Positions 25,661 through 34,372 of a DNA stretch of 36,350 nt are shown one piece after another. The translations under genes were made by a program, and so were the position numbers. Origin of the DNA: Candidatus Enteromonas sp. (GTDB lineage Bacteria; Bacillota_I; Bacilli_A; RFN20; CAG-826); contig DAVZIW010000002.1 in the NCBI GenBank assembly GCA_052273085.1, positions 1-36,350 on the forward strand, given 5' to 3'. Below the pieces are notes generated by a model. The model ran no database searches. It had not been told where the DNA came from and saw only the letters and a program-made list of their open reading frames with translations. Within the stretch, counting starts at the first letter, position 1. Each line of letters starts with the position of its first letter.

Positions 25661-27328
25661 GTGTTAAAAAGACTTTGTATTAATAACCTTGCAATTATCT
25701 CCAATATAGATTCGACATTCGAAGGTGGTTTTAGCGTACTTACAGGCGAAACAGGCGCTGGTAAAAGCCTTGTAATTGATTCGCTTTCCCTCCTTTTAGG
25801 AAGTAGAGCCTCTACTGAATTAATTAGAAAAGGCGAAGAAAAAGCCATCATAAAAGGTTATTTTGAAGTTAATAAACCCCAATTAGAAGCCTTGTTCTTA
25901 AAATTAAATATCCCTTATAACCAAGGTGAAATAGAAATAGAAAGGGTTATAGGAAGAAACAAGAGTTATATTAAAATTAATAACACCCCTACTAGCTTAT
26001 TGGATTTATCTAAAGTCGCTCCCTATTTAGCGGATATCCATTCCCAATTCGATTTTGAAAAGATATTAAATGAAGATAATTATCTAGGTATCATAGATGG
26101 ATTTTCCTTTGATTTAATCTCATCTTATAAAGAGAAATATCAAGCTGCCCTAAATCAATATAAAATTGCTAAGGTTGCTTATTTATCATTATTAGATAAG
26201 CAAAAGCAAATCGATTCCAATTATGATTTCTATTTATATCAATATAACGAATTGAAGCAAATGGATTTAAAAGAAGATGAAGAAAAGCAAATCCAAGAAG
26301 AAATATCCCTATTAGAAAACTTTGATAAAATCCATTCTCTCCAAGAAGAGACAAAGCAATTACTTAACGGAGATTTCCTAGATAAATTCTTTGAATTAGA
26401 TAGCAATCTAGAAAAGCTTTCTTCTTACCAAGAAAAATATAAGGAAGCCTATTCATTAATAGATGAAAGGTACCTTGAATTAAATGATTATCTATCTTCA
26501 TTAAAGAAGAAATTCGACGATATAGATTATGATCCTGCTAGATTAGATGAATTAAATCAAAGGCAAGTAGACATAACTGCCTTGAAAAGGAAATATAAAA
26601 AGGATTTCAATGAACTTCTTTCCTATAAAGATGAATTATCTTTGTTACTAGAAAATAAGGATAATCTTTCTAATGAAATAAACAAAAAGAAAGAAGAGAT
26701 GAATAAATTATTCCTTCTAACATTAGAAAAAGGAAAAGAATTAAGCAAGGTAAGGCAATCTTTATCAAATAGGATTGAAAAAGAATTGGAACGTAGCCTT
26801 AATGACCTTCTTTTAAAAGCAAGATTCAAGATAATGTTTGCTCCGCTTGAAAAAGAAGATGATTCAATATTCCTTGATAACGGACTAGATAAAATAGATT
26901 TCCTAATCGAAACAAATGTTGGAGAAGGATTGAAAAGCTTATCCAAGATAATATCTGGAGGAGAGGCTAGCAGGATTATGCTTGCCTTTAAATCATTGTT
27001 TATCAAGGCTAATAAGGTACCTACTGTTATTTTTGATGAAATCGATACAGGCATATCAGGAGAAACAGCCCAAGCCGTTGCTAGGAAAATAAAAGAAATA
27101 TCTTTGTCCACCCAAGTAATTTCCATTACCCATATGCCTCAAGTCGCTTCGCTTAGCGATCATCACATCTTAATTAGTAAAATCATAAAAGATGGCAGGA
27201 CGTATGCCGAAATGAAAGAATTAAACCTAGAAGAAAAGATTAAGCAAGTCGCATATCTAATTTCAGGAGATAAAATCACTTCGTCTCAACTAGAATATGC
27301 AAAAGAAATGGTTTTAGGGACCGATTAA
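25661..27328 (+). CDS. recN: DNA repair protein RecN (SMC-like ATPase)
   Basis: 555 aa. The N-terminus MLKRLCINNLAIIS matches the RecN start. Walker A GETGAGKS, a long coiled-coil, signature SGGEASR and Walker B VIFDEIDTGISG are present. The start is GTG; there is no in-frame canonical start codon between it and the upstream stop. Confidence 0.93.
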   Translation: MLKRLCINNLAIISNIDSTFEGGFSVLTGETGAGKSLVIDSLSLLLGSRASTELIRKGEEKAIIKGYFEVNKPQLEALFLKLNIPYNQGEIEIERVIGRNKSYIKINNTPTSLLDLSKVAPYLADIHSQFDFEKILNEDNYLGIIDGFSFDLISSYKEKYQAALNQYKIAKVAYLSLLDKQKQIDSNYDFYLYQYNELKQMDLKEDEEKQIQEEISLLENFDKIHSLQEETKQLLNGDFLDKFFELDSNLEKLSSYQEKYKEAYSLIDERYLELNDYLSSLKKKFDDIDYDPARLDELNQRQVDITALKRKYKKDFNELLSYKDELSLLLENKDNLSNEINKKKEEMNKLFLLTLEKGKELSKVRQSLSNRIEKELERSLNDLLLKARFKIMFAPLEKEDDSIFLDNGLDKIDFLIETNVGEGLKSLSKIISGGEASRIMLAFKSLFIKANKVPTVIFDEIDTGISGETAQAVARKIKEISLSTQVISITHMPQVASLSDHHILISKIIKDGRTYAEMKELNLEEKIKQVAYLISGDKITSSQLEYAKEMVLGTD

Positions 27329-27353
27329 AAACGTGGCAATCAACCACGTTTTA
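27327..27353. terminator. Bidirectional intrinsic terminator between the convergent recN and dipeptidase genes
   Basis: Sequence is AAAAACGTGG-caatcaa-CCACGTTTTAT. The 6-bp GC-containing stem is perfect and is flanked by an A-run and a T-run. Confidence 0.75.
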
Positions 27354-27359
27354 TTACAT

Positions 27360-28823
27360 TTAGTTATCGCTTCTAGCAAATGAATTTTTCATTAACATAG
27401 AAGATTCAAACAATACTTTATCCAATACCTTGTCGGTATGGCTTTGAATTAGTCTAGCAATCTCTTCATTGGCCTTTACTAATAATGATTTATCTTTATT
27501 AACCTTAAACTCCTCATCGAATTTATTTAATAACCTATAAGCGTCATTGCTGCAGGCATTTTGGTAACGTTCGATGTGGATATCATTCTTTTGGAAATGG
27601 GCATCCGCTAAAGCAGAAACTAGTCTAGAAGCCCAATAGAAAGAAGATGTATCAACTCTTAAAGTTGTATTGCTTAAATAATCAGGTACTTCATCTACAT
27701 TTGCATATATAGGTAGCATTGCATTAAATGCATTAGAAGCAAAGCAAACCCATTCAATTGCAGATATTTCTTCTTCTACACCGTTTCTAATTTCTAATAA
27801 GGCTAAGAAAGAAGTACGGTTAACCCCGATTGGACGATATATATTCTTCTTACTAGGATCGCCTTTCCCATACGGGTCATATTCAGTCCCTTGATAATGA
27901 GAAGAAAGAATATATTTGACATCATTGATAGTAAGCAGATGCTCTGGGATTAATTTGAATGGGATATCATCATCTTCAGGTCCAAAGTCTCTATCTTCGC
28001 CAGTCCATTTGATAGTTCTCGGACAAATACGCTTACCCATATACCAAGCCCTAGGAGTGTTATAGATGTGGTCAGAATCATCATGGCTACCAAAGGCTAG
28101 ACGTGGATTAAATTTATCGCCTTTGCCTGTATCAAGATGGTATTTTTCTACAAATTCTTTTAAATCCGATGAACACATATAGTCATTTTGGTTTCCATAG
28201 GCATCGACAAAATCAAAATCATCCATACCAAATTGGTTAGGCATGATAACTACTTCTTCATCTTTTACTCTTCTGGCAATCCAATGATGGCCCCCGATAG
28301 TCTCTAGCCACCAAATATCATTTTTATCAGAAAAGGCAATCCCATTAGGTTCATATGTTCCGTATTCTTCTAATAATTTGCCTAATCTAATAACACCTTC
28401 TTTTGCGTTACTTATAAATGGTAAGACAAGGGAAACCAAATCTTCTTCCCCAATGCCTCCTTTAATTTCCTTACCGTCTTTAAATTCTAATTTGACATAA
28501 GGATCTGCTCCTAATACCCTAGGGTTGCTAGTTATGGTTTCTGTAGCGGACATGGCTACATTCTTCTCATTAATTCCAGCAGCGCCCCAGACACCTTCAT
28601 TAGGATCAACATTAGGCATTAAAGTATGCCTATATCCTTTATTAGGTAATTTGACTTCCATACGGTAATTAATAGATTTATAGGTTTTCTCTCCTTCATA
28701 AGCAGGGACCACTACTAATTTCTTAACATGAAACACTCCGCTAGGAGAATCATCATTTCTGGCTATGATTGTAGAGCCGTTATTCGAGGCTTTCTTTCCT
28801 ACTAATATTGTTGTACAAGGCAT
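27360..28823 (-). CDS. C69-family dipeptidase (PepD/dipeptidase A type, N-terminal nucleophile Cys)
   Basis: 487 aa. The N-terminus MPCTTILVGKKASNNGSTIIARNDD closely resembles the family C69 signature (xCTTILVGK...ARNED). Confidence 0.85.
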   Translation of the reverse strand: MPCTTILVGKKASNNGSTIIARNDDSPSGVFHVKKLVVVPAYEGEKTYKSINYRMEVKLPNKGYRHTLMPNVDPNEGVWGAAGINEKNVAMSATETITSNPRVLGADPYVKLEFKDGKEIKGGIGEEDLVSLVLPFISNAKEGVIRLGKLLEEYGTYEPNGIAFSDKNDIWWLETIGGHHWIARRVKDEEVVIMPNQFGMDDFDFVDAYGNQNDYMCSSDLKEFVEKYHLDTGKGDKFNPRLAFGSHDDSDHIYNTPRAWYMGKRICPRTIKWTGEDRDFGPEDDDIPFKLIPEHLLTINDVKYILSSHYQGTEYDPYGKGDPSKKNIYRPIGVNRTSFLALLEIRNGVEEEISAIEWVCFASNAFNAMLPIYANVDEVPDYLSNTTLRVDTSSFYWASRLVSALADAHFQKNDIHIERYQNACSNDAYRLLNKFDEEFKVNKDKSLLVKANEEIARLIQSHTDKVLDKVLFESSMLMKNSFARSDN

Positions 28824-28974
28824 AAATGTTAACTCAACTTTCCTTTCTAATTATACCCTTAAATATCACTAGGGATAGCAATAATGCTTCAGGATTGTTT
28901 TTGAGTTTTGTATATAAAGGCAAATAAGCTTATTTCAATAAGCAAAAACTAGAAGTCTCCACTTCTTTGGATAG

Positions 28975-29271
28975 GCACATTTACTTATATCAAAAGATGA
29001 ATTTGAAAGATTGTTCAGAAACCTATTTTCTAATGCGATTATCTTTAACAAGGTATATGGAAAGATAAATGTCGAATTAAAGAATGGTTATCTAAAAGTA
29101 TCCAATACAGGCATAGGGGTTGATGAAAAAAACAAAAATGCCATATTTACTAGATTCTATATATTTGATAAATCTAGAAGCCGTGAACAAGGTGAAATGG
29201 GGCTAGGTTTGGCCATTGTAAAACACATCTTTCTCAATAACAGATTCAAAATAAAGCTAAATACAAGATAA
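28975..29271 (+). pseudogene. 3' remnant of a sensor histidine kinase gene; only the HATPase_c domain is left
   Basis: The in-frame translation from just after a TAG at 28972 is AHLLISKDEFERLFRNLFSNAIIFNKVYGKINVELKNGYLKVSNTGIGVDEKNKNAIFTRFYIFDKSRSREQGEMGLGLAIVKHIF... It contains an N-box (NLFSNAI), a G1-like box (NTGIG), an F-box (FTRFY) and a G2 box (GLGLAIV). There is no DHp/His box, sensor domain, ATG or SD, and no response regulator gene nearby. Confidence 0.75.
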
Positions 29272-29565
29272 GGATCTACATTTATTATTTGTTTTTAAAT
29301 AAGCGTCAATTAAAAAATTAAGAAAGTAAAGATAAACCGGTGCTAAATCAAAAATTATCAGTTCACCGCGGTTTATCCCATTTCAATGCCTATAACATCG
29401 ATACTTTGGTTTTTGGATTTTTATAGAAATTATTCATTTTTAAAAAATTAAAATATTACATTTTTAGTCAATCAAAAGGATTATTCTAATAAAACCAAAC
29501 TAATTTAATGCGCATAAATAAAATACATTCATCACCTATTATTCTTTTCTAGTAAAATACCCCTT

Positions 29566-31716
29566 ATGGAAATCAATACTTACTTAGCAAGCAAACTACA
29601 AATTGAATATAGACAAGTAAACGCCGTCTTAAAATTATTAGATGAAGGATGTTCTATCCCTTTCATCGCTAGATATAGAAAAGAGGAAACATCTAATTTA
29701 AGCGATGTTACTCTTAGGCAACTAGAAGAAGAAAAAGAGAAATTCGAGAAGTTAGAAGAAAGAAAGAAAACTATCCTTACCTCAATCGAAGAACAAGGGA
29801 AGTTGACCGATGAATTAAGATTAAAGATAACTCAATGCGAATCTTTGTCTTTACTTGAAACCATATATCGTCCATATAAACCCAAACGCGCTACAAGGGG
29901 ATCAATTGCTAGAGATAAAGGATTAGCCCCCTTAAGCGAATTTATCTTAAAGCAATCTTCTTCTATAGGAGATTTATATAAATATGCCTCTACTTTTATA
30001 AATAAAGAAAAAGGATTAGATGATGTAAATACCATCATCAATATGGCAAAAGATATAATCGCCGAAGATATATCCGATAACCCCTCCTTCTATTTATTTG
30101 CTAAAAACTATATCAATAGGACTGCTAAACTTACTAGCAAGCAAACTAAAGAAGACACAGATAATAAATATCTAAATTATGCTTCTTTTATTTCTCCTAT
30201 ATATAAGGTTAGACCATATCAAACCCTAGCATTGCTTAGAGGCAAGAAAGAAAAGAAATTATCTTATTCATTCGATTATGATGAAATTACGATTATTAAC
30301 GAGATATCTAGGAATGTAATCAAACGTAATTCACCTTATTTTGAATTGTTAAAAGAAACCATCGCTGATTCTTATAAAAGATTAATCAAACCATCAGTAG
30401 AAAATGAAATAATCTCAGATTTGACTACAAAGGCCGAAGATTCTTCTTTGGTTTTGTTTTCTAAAAACCTAAAGCAATTATTATTGGAACCCCCATTGAA
30501 GAATAAACAAATACTTGGATTCGATCCTGGGTTTAGGAATGGCTGCAAATTAGCCTTAATCAATAAACAAGGCGATGTAATAAAAACCACCATAATATAT
30601 CCAACAATCGGAAAAGAAAAAGAAGCCGAGAATATATTGTTATCAATATATAAACAATATGGTTTTGATATTGTTGCACTAGGAAACGGGACTGCTTCAA
30701 GAGAAGGAGAAGCATTCCTAAACAAATTCATTGAGAATAATAATCTAAAAGAAAAGGTAGAGATATCAATTGTAAATGAATCTGGCGCTTCTATTTATAG
30801 CGCTTCCCCTTTGGCAATTAAAGAATTCCCTAATATGGATATAGATGAACGCAGTGCAGTCTCTTTGGCTAGACGTCTATTAGATCCAATCTCGGAATTA
30901 GTTAAGATTCCGCCTGAATCAATTGGAGTTGGCCAATATCAACATGATTTAGACCAGAAAAGACTAAAGCAGACATTAGGTGCCACTACGATTGATACAG
31001 TCAATGAAGTCGGGGTATATCTAAATACTTCTTCTATTTCCTTGCTAAAATATGTATCGGGATTAAATGAAAAGATGGCCACTAATATAGTTGAATATAG
31101 GAATATCAATGGACCATTTAAGGAAAGAAAAGAATTACTTAAAGTCAAAGGAATTGGAGAAAAGACCTATATGGATGCGATTGGATTCTTACGTATAGAT
31201 AATTCAAATCCATTAGAAAAAACTAGTGTACATCCTAAAGACTACAATTCAACTTTTGCTTTACTTAAATTGCTAAATATAAGCCTAGATTCCTTAGGCA
31301 AAGATGAATCAAATGAAAAGCTAGATAATCTAGATAACCTAGATGAATTAGCCAAGAGGCTCAATCTAGGTATCTATACTTTAAAAGACATTATCGAAGA
31401 ACTTAAAAAACCAGGCAGAGATCCTAGAGAAAAAGTAGTAACTGCCAAATTAGATAGTTCAGTCAAAGACATCAAGGATTTAAAAATAGGAATGGAATTA
31501 TTTGGAACGGTTAGGAATCTTTCTGATTTCGGGGCCTTTATAGATATAGGTGTCCATCAAGATGGCTTAGTACATATATCAGAAATATCTTCTTCATTTA
31601 TTAAACATCCATCTGAAAAACTATCTTTAGGAGAGATAATAAAAGTTAAAGTAATCGGGATTGATTTAGATAGAAAACGTATATCTTTATCAATCAAGCA
31701 AGTATCTTCAAAATAG
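29566..31716 (+). CDS. tex: Tex-like transcription accessory protein (YqgF/HhH/S1 domains)
   Basis: 716 aa. The N-terminus has QVNAVLKLLDEGCSIPFIARYRKEETSNLSD, which is a Tex signature. The C-terminal S1 domain is GTVRNLSDFGAFIDIGVHQDGLVHISE. Confidence 0.93.
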   Translation: MEINTYLASKLQIEYRQVNAVLKLLDEGCSIPFIARYRKEETSNLSDVTLRQLEEEKEKFEKLEERKKTILTSIEEQGKLTDELRLKITQCESLSLLETIYRPYKPKRATRGSIARDKGLAPLSEFILKQSSSIGDLYKYASTFINKEKGLDDVNTIINMAKDIIAEDISDNPSFYLFAKNYINRTAKLTSKQTKEDTDNKYLNYASFISPIYKVRPYQTLALLRGKKEKKLSYSFDYDEITIINEISRNVIKRNSPYFELLKETIADSYKRLIKPSVENEIISDLTTKAEDSSLVLFSKNLKQLLLEPPLKNKQILGFDPGFRNGCKLALINKQGDVIKTTIIYPTIGKEKEAENILLSIYKQYGFDIVALGNGTASREGEAFLNKFIENNNLKEKVEISIVNESGASIYSASPLAIKEFPNMDIDERSAVSLARRLLDPISELVKIPPESIGVGQYQHDLDQKRLKQTLGATTIDTVNEVGVYLNTSSISLLKYVSGLNEKMATNIVEYRNINGPFKERKELLKVKGIGEKTYMDAIGFLRIDNSNPLEKTSVHPKDYNSTFALLKLLNISLDSLGKDESNEKLDNLDNLDELAKRLNLGIYTLKDIIEELKKPGRDPREKVVTAKLDSSVKDIKDLKIGMELFGTVRNLSDFGAFIDIGVHQDGLVHISEISSSFIKHPSEKLSLGEIIKVKVIGIDLDRKRISLSIKQVSSK

Positions 31717-31731
31717 AGAGTTTTTTGAATA

Positions 31732-31754
31732 ATGTGTAATCGTTGCACGTTTTT
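31732..31754 (+). terminator. Intrinsic terminator 1 after tex
   Basis: Sequence is ATGTGTAA-tcg-TTGCACGT. The stem is 8 bp including two G-U pairs and is followed by TTTTT. Confidence 0.6.
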
Positions 31755-31764
31755 AAGTTAAATA

Positions 31765-31787
31765 ACGTGTAACAGTTGCACGTTTTT
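31765..31787 (+). terminator. Intrinsic terminator 2 after tex; a near-duplicate of terminator 1 located 33 nt downstream
   Basis: Sequence is ACGTGT-aacagtt-GCACGT followed by TTTTT. It shares GTGTAA..GTTGCACGTTTTT with the first copy. Confidence 0.6.
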
Positions 31788-31856
31788 CAATTATTTTCTA
31801 GCCTACCCTTCTTTTTGGATAAAAATAAAGAAGAAGGAAAAATAAGATAATTGAAT

Positions 31857-31896
31857 CAAAAAAAGAACCATCCAAGCCATAGGCTTAAATGGTTCC
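31857..31896 (-). terminator. Intrinsic terminator of the about 800-aa lipoprotein gene
   Basis: GAACCAT (31865-31871) pairs with ATGGTTC (31889-31895), with an inner AAGCC/GGCTT helix. On the minus strand the hairpin is followed by a run of 7-8 T. Confidence 0.7.
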
Positions 31897-31912
31897 TCTT
31901 AATGATTATTAA

Positions 31913-34321
31913 TTACTTTTCGATTAAGAATCTAATGCCAGAAGATAATACATTAGTAACCCTAGCATAGACGCCGTCTTTATAAAGTTGGATACCTTCT
32001 CCAGCAGATGCTAATGGATATGCCTTCTCAACAAATCCAAGTTCTTTTAATTTAGCAGCATATTTAGCTAAATATGTTTCGGAAACATCATCTTTTTCAG
32101 GAGTAACCATGAATGTGGTATTGAATAAGGCGACCCAGACATAAGTTCCATCATCAGTAACATCGCATAGCCAATTACCCTCGATCTTTTGTTCATAGAT
32201 ATAAGGCATTAAGGCAATTTGTTCTGGAGTGAATGCATCTTTGATCTCTGAATAGACATTTGGAGCACCCATTTCCCAGGTAGTTGGTTCAACCCAATCG
32301 CCAAATGTAGAGAAATCTAATTCAGGTAATACAGTAGACCCATAATTAGAGAATTCTAATGTTTCAGTCCCATAATACAAACCTTGTCCATCATATTGAT
32401 ATTCAATCTTAGTAAGTAAGTTGTTCGCATAAGATCCATTCATTAATCTGCTAACTTCCATTTTTAATGAAGATGGAACAATCTTGCTAACATTAACCCC
32501 GCCAAAGATATGACCTGAAACATCATCAACATCATCATTTAATTGATAAGTGGCCTTATCTCCTATTTCAGATAATGTAGTTCCATCGACTTTATTGAAT
32601 AGTTCGTAATTAATATTCATCCCAATGAAAGAAGATATTGTTTGTCCTTCAATTACTGGAGCAGATGCGATTACTTGGTTCCTATCATTAACTCTAAATG
32701 GTAATAAGCCGTCTTTATTTTGATAATAACCAGTAAGGACATGGATTATAGCCCCTTCGCTTCCTTCTTCTGTATCAATTGTTTCTTCATCAATTAAGAC
32801 AATATCGGTAGAGGTAGATGAATTGTCTTTCTTTGCGAAGTAATATTTCTTCTTATTGAAGGAATTAGTGATTGTGGTTCTAGAATCAACAGTAAATGTG
32901 GAATAGATTGAAGAATATGCAAATGTGCTTAATCCTTTATATAATGGATTGTTATATTTATCGACTTCAGAAGTATGAGGGACAATATTCCTAAAATCAG
33001 AAGTCCCACCAAAGCTAAGATCGACTTCAAAATACATTTCCTGTCCATAGGAATCATATCTATGGGTAGATTCAGCATGCAATGAAGTAATCTTATTCTC
33101 GCTAGTAGAGATGGTTATGGATAATATTTCACCCATATCATAATCTGCTATATCGTTGATAAACGGTCTTCCGTTATATCCAAAATATGAATACACGCCT
33201 GCACTAGTTTCCCTAAATGCATCCTTTTCAATAAGGGAAGATGGTTGAGCTACTAATTCTTCGAATTTAACATTTTGGTCAACTTCTTTAACCTTGTTAT
33301 CGGCACCTACATATTTCTTAAAGGCATTCCCATTTTCACCTTTATGAAGAAGGGTGAACTTGTTGCTATTTAAGCCGTCGACTTTTCTAGTGACTTGCTT
33401 TGTATTTTCATCAATAACGACTTCATCTTCTTGTTCGATGACATCTTTGCCCTTGTAATGATAAGTAACTTTAGAACTAAATGATTGCTTACCAGAAATA
33501 GAAGCAACTAAGGCATCGCTTAATGAAGTTGAAGGTAAAGTATAAGCATCTAGATAGGTATCTAGTTCAGTAACGCTAGAAGAGCCTATATTGCTAATGC
33601 ATCCGCTGACTGCTTCGGCTTTATCTGAATCAGAACTAAAATTACCGACAAAAGCAAAATATAATTCATCTTTTGCTTCGCTAGAGAATTGGAATTTGAC
33701 AGCAGAAAGGGAAGAAGCATATTTAGCAATGCCACATATATAGGCAAAGCTAGTTACCAAAGTAGTATTTTGAGTATAGAAATAATTCCAGTTAATGGCT
33801 AAATCTTTTTCAGTTGAAGCAGCGACCCCATCATTAAGGGCATTTAATGTAGAAACCGAAGAAATGACTTGCCTATTACCTTCTTTATCGGTATAAGAAG
33901 CAGCATTTTCAATATGAATATGATTCCTGCCAGAGAAATTATAAAGAATCGTGCTTGATGCTTCTTTATAGGAAGTTAAGGCGATATAGCCGGCATTAGA
34001 AACTTCATAATAGATATATCTAGGATTATAGATAACATCGCTAGAAGTATCCCCCGAAGTAATGGTCAAGGTGTAGTTATTACCTTTTGCCGCAGCCCCA
34101 ATAAAATCAAATACTTCCTTAGTGGTTCCAGTTACTTTTGGCTTAGTCTCGATTAGGCTAGAGGAAGAATCTTCAGTTGAGGTATCGGTCGTGGTTTGAT
34201 CAGTGTCGGTTTCGCTTGTATCTACGCTATCTTTAGGTTCGCTACTAGGACTAGTTGGCTCGCCACAAGAAAGAGTAAATAATGAAGCTAGACATAACAA
34301 TGATAAGTAATTCTTTTTCAT
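31913..34321 (-). CDS. Large lipoprotein (about 802 aa) of unknown function, downstream of the GH3 gene
   Basis: Start placed at the ATG at 34319-34321 (MKKNYLSLLCLASLFTLSCGEP). This gives a signal peptide plus a Cys lipobox-like site and has a GGAGAG SD. The track ORF carries a 25-codon upstream extension with no signal-peptide logic. An Asp/Thr/Ser-rich linker follows the Cys. Confidence 0.72.
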   Translation of the reverse strand: MKKNYLSLLCLASLFTLSCGEPTSPSSEPKDSVDTSETDTDQTTTDTSTEDSSSSLIETKPKVTGTTKEVFDFIGAAAKGNNYTLTITSGDTSSDVIYNPRYIYYEVSNAGYIALTSYKEASSTILYNFSGRNHIHIENAASYTDKEGNRQVISSVSTLNALNDGVAASTEKDLAINWNYFYTQNTTLVTSFAYICGIAKYASSLSAVKFQFSSEAKDELYFAFVGNFSSDSDKAEAVSGCISNIGSSSVTELDTYLDAYTLPSTSLSDALVASISGKQSFSSKVTYHYKGKDVIEQEDEVVIDENTKQVTRKVDGLNSNKFTLLHKGENGNAFKKYVGADNKVKEVDQNVKFEELVAQPSSLIEKDAFRETSAGVYSYFGYNGRPFINDIADYDMGEILSITISTSENKITSLHAESTHRYDSYGQEMYFEVDLSFGGTSDFRNIVPHTSEVDKYNNPLYKGLSTFAYSSIYSTFTVDSRTTITNSFNKKKYYFAKKDNSSTSTDIVLIDEETIDTEEGSEGAIIHVLTGYYQNKDGLLPFRVNDRNQVIASAPVIEGQTISSFIGMNINYELFNKVDGTTLSEIGDKATYQLNDDVDDVSGHIFGGVNVSKIVPSSLKMEVSRLMNGSYANNLLTKIEYQYDGQGLYYGTETLEFSNYGSTVLPELDFSTFGDWVEPTTWEMGAPNVYSEIKDAFTPEQIALMPYIYEQKIEGNWLCDVTDDGTYVWVALFNTTFMVTPEKDDVSETYLAKYAAKLKELGFVEKAYPLASAGEGIQLYKDGVYARVTNVLSSGIRFLIEK

Positions 34322-34344
34322 AGTTCTCTCCAAAGTACCAAAGA

Positions 34345-34372
34345 ATTGTATGTTTGAAACCTTATTTTGCAA
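34345..34372 (-). promoter_or_regulatory. Candidate sigma-70 promoter for the large lipoprotein gene (TTGCAA-N16-TACAAT on the minus strand)
   Basis: The hexamers and spacing were read directly. The -10 ends about 24 nt upstream of the ATG at 34321, with the GGAGAG SD in between. Confidence 0.4.

Noticed and set aside
26623-27126. 167-aa ORF antisense to recN. Similar long antisense ORFs occur at 30372-30731 (in tex), 34556-34915 (in GH3), 22720-23058, 20324-20635, 21464-21778 and 5112-5432.
   Set aside because: Each lies entirely inside a confidently assigned gene on the opposite strand. Their products are low-complexity and Ser/Leu/Phe-rich, with no motifs and no SD. Such shadow ORFs are expected opposite purine-rich coding strands (GAA/AAA-rich codons give TTC/TTT with few stops).
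31734-31747. cre-like sequence TGTAATCGTTGCAC inside the first tex terminator.
   Set aside because: It matches only the left half and the central CG of the cre consensus. The right half is shifted and mismatched at three fixed positions. It sits after the gene and is followed by a T5 tract, so a terminator hairpin is the simpler explanation.
31805-31835. Loose hairpin CCTTCTT ... AAGAAGG between the tex terminators and the lipoprotein terminator.
   Set aside because: The stem is a 7-bp purine/pyrimidine run with a 17-nt A/T loop. It has no flanking U-tract and sits in low-complexity sequence, so it is likely fortuitous.
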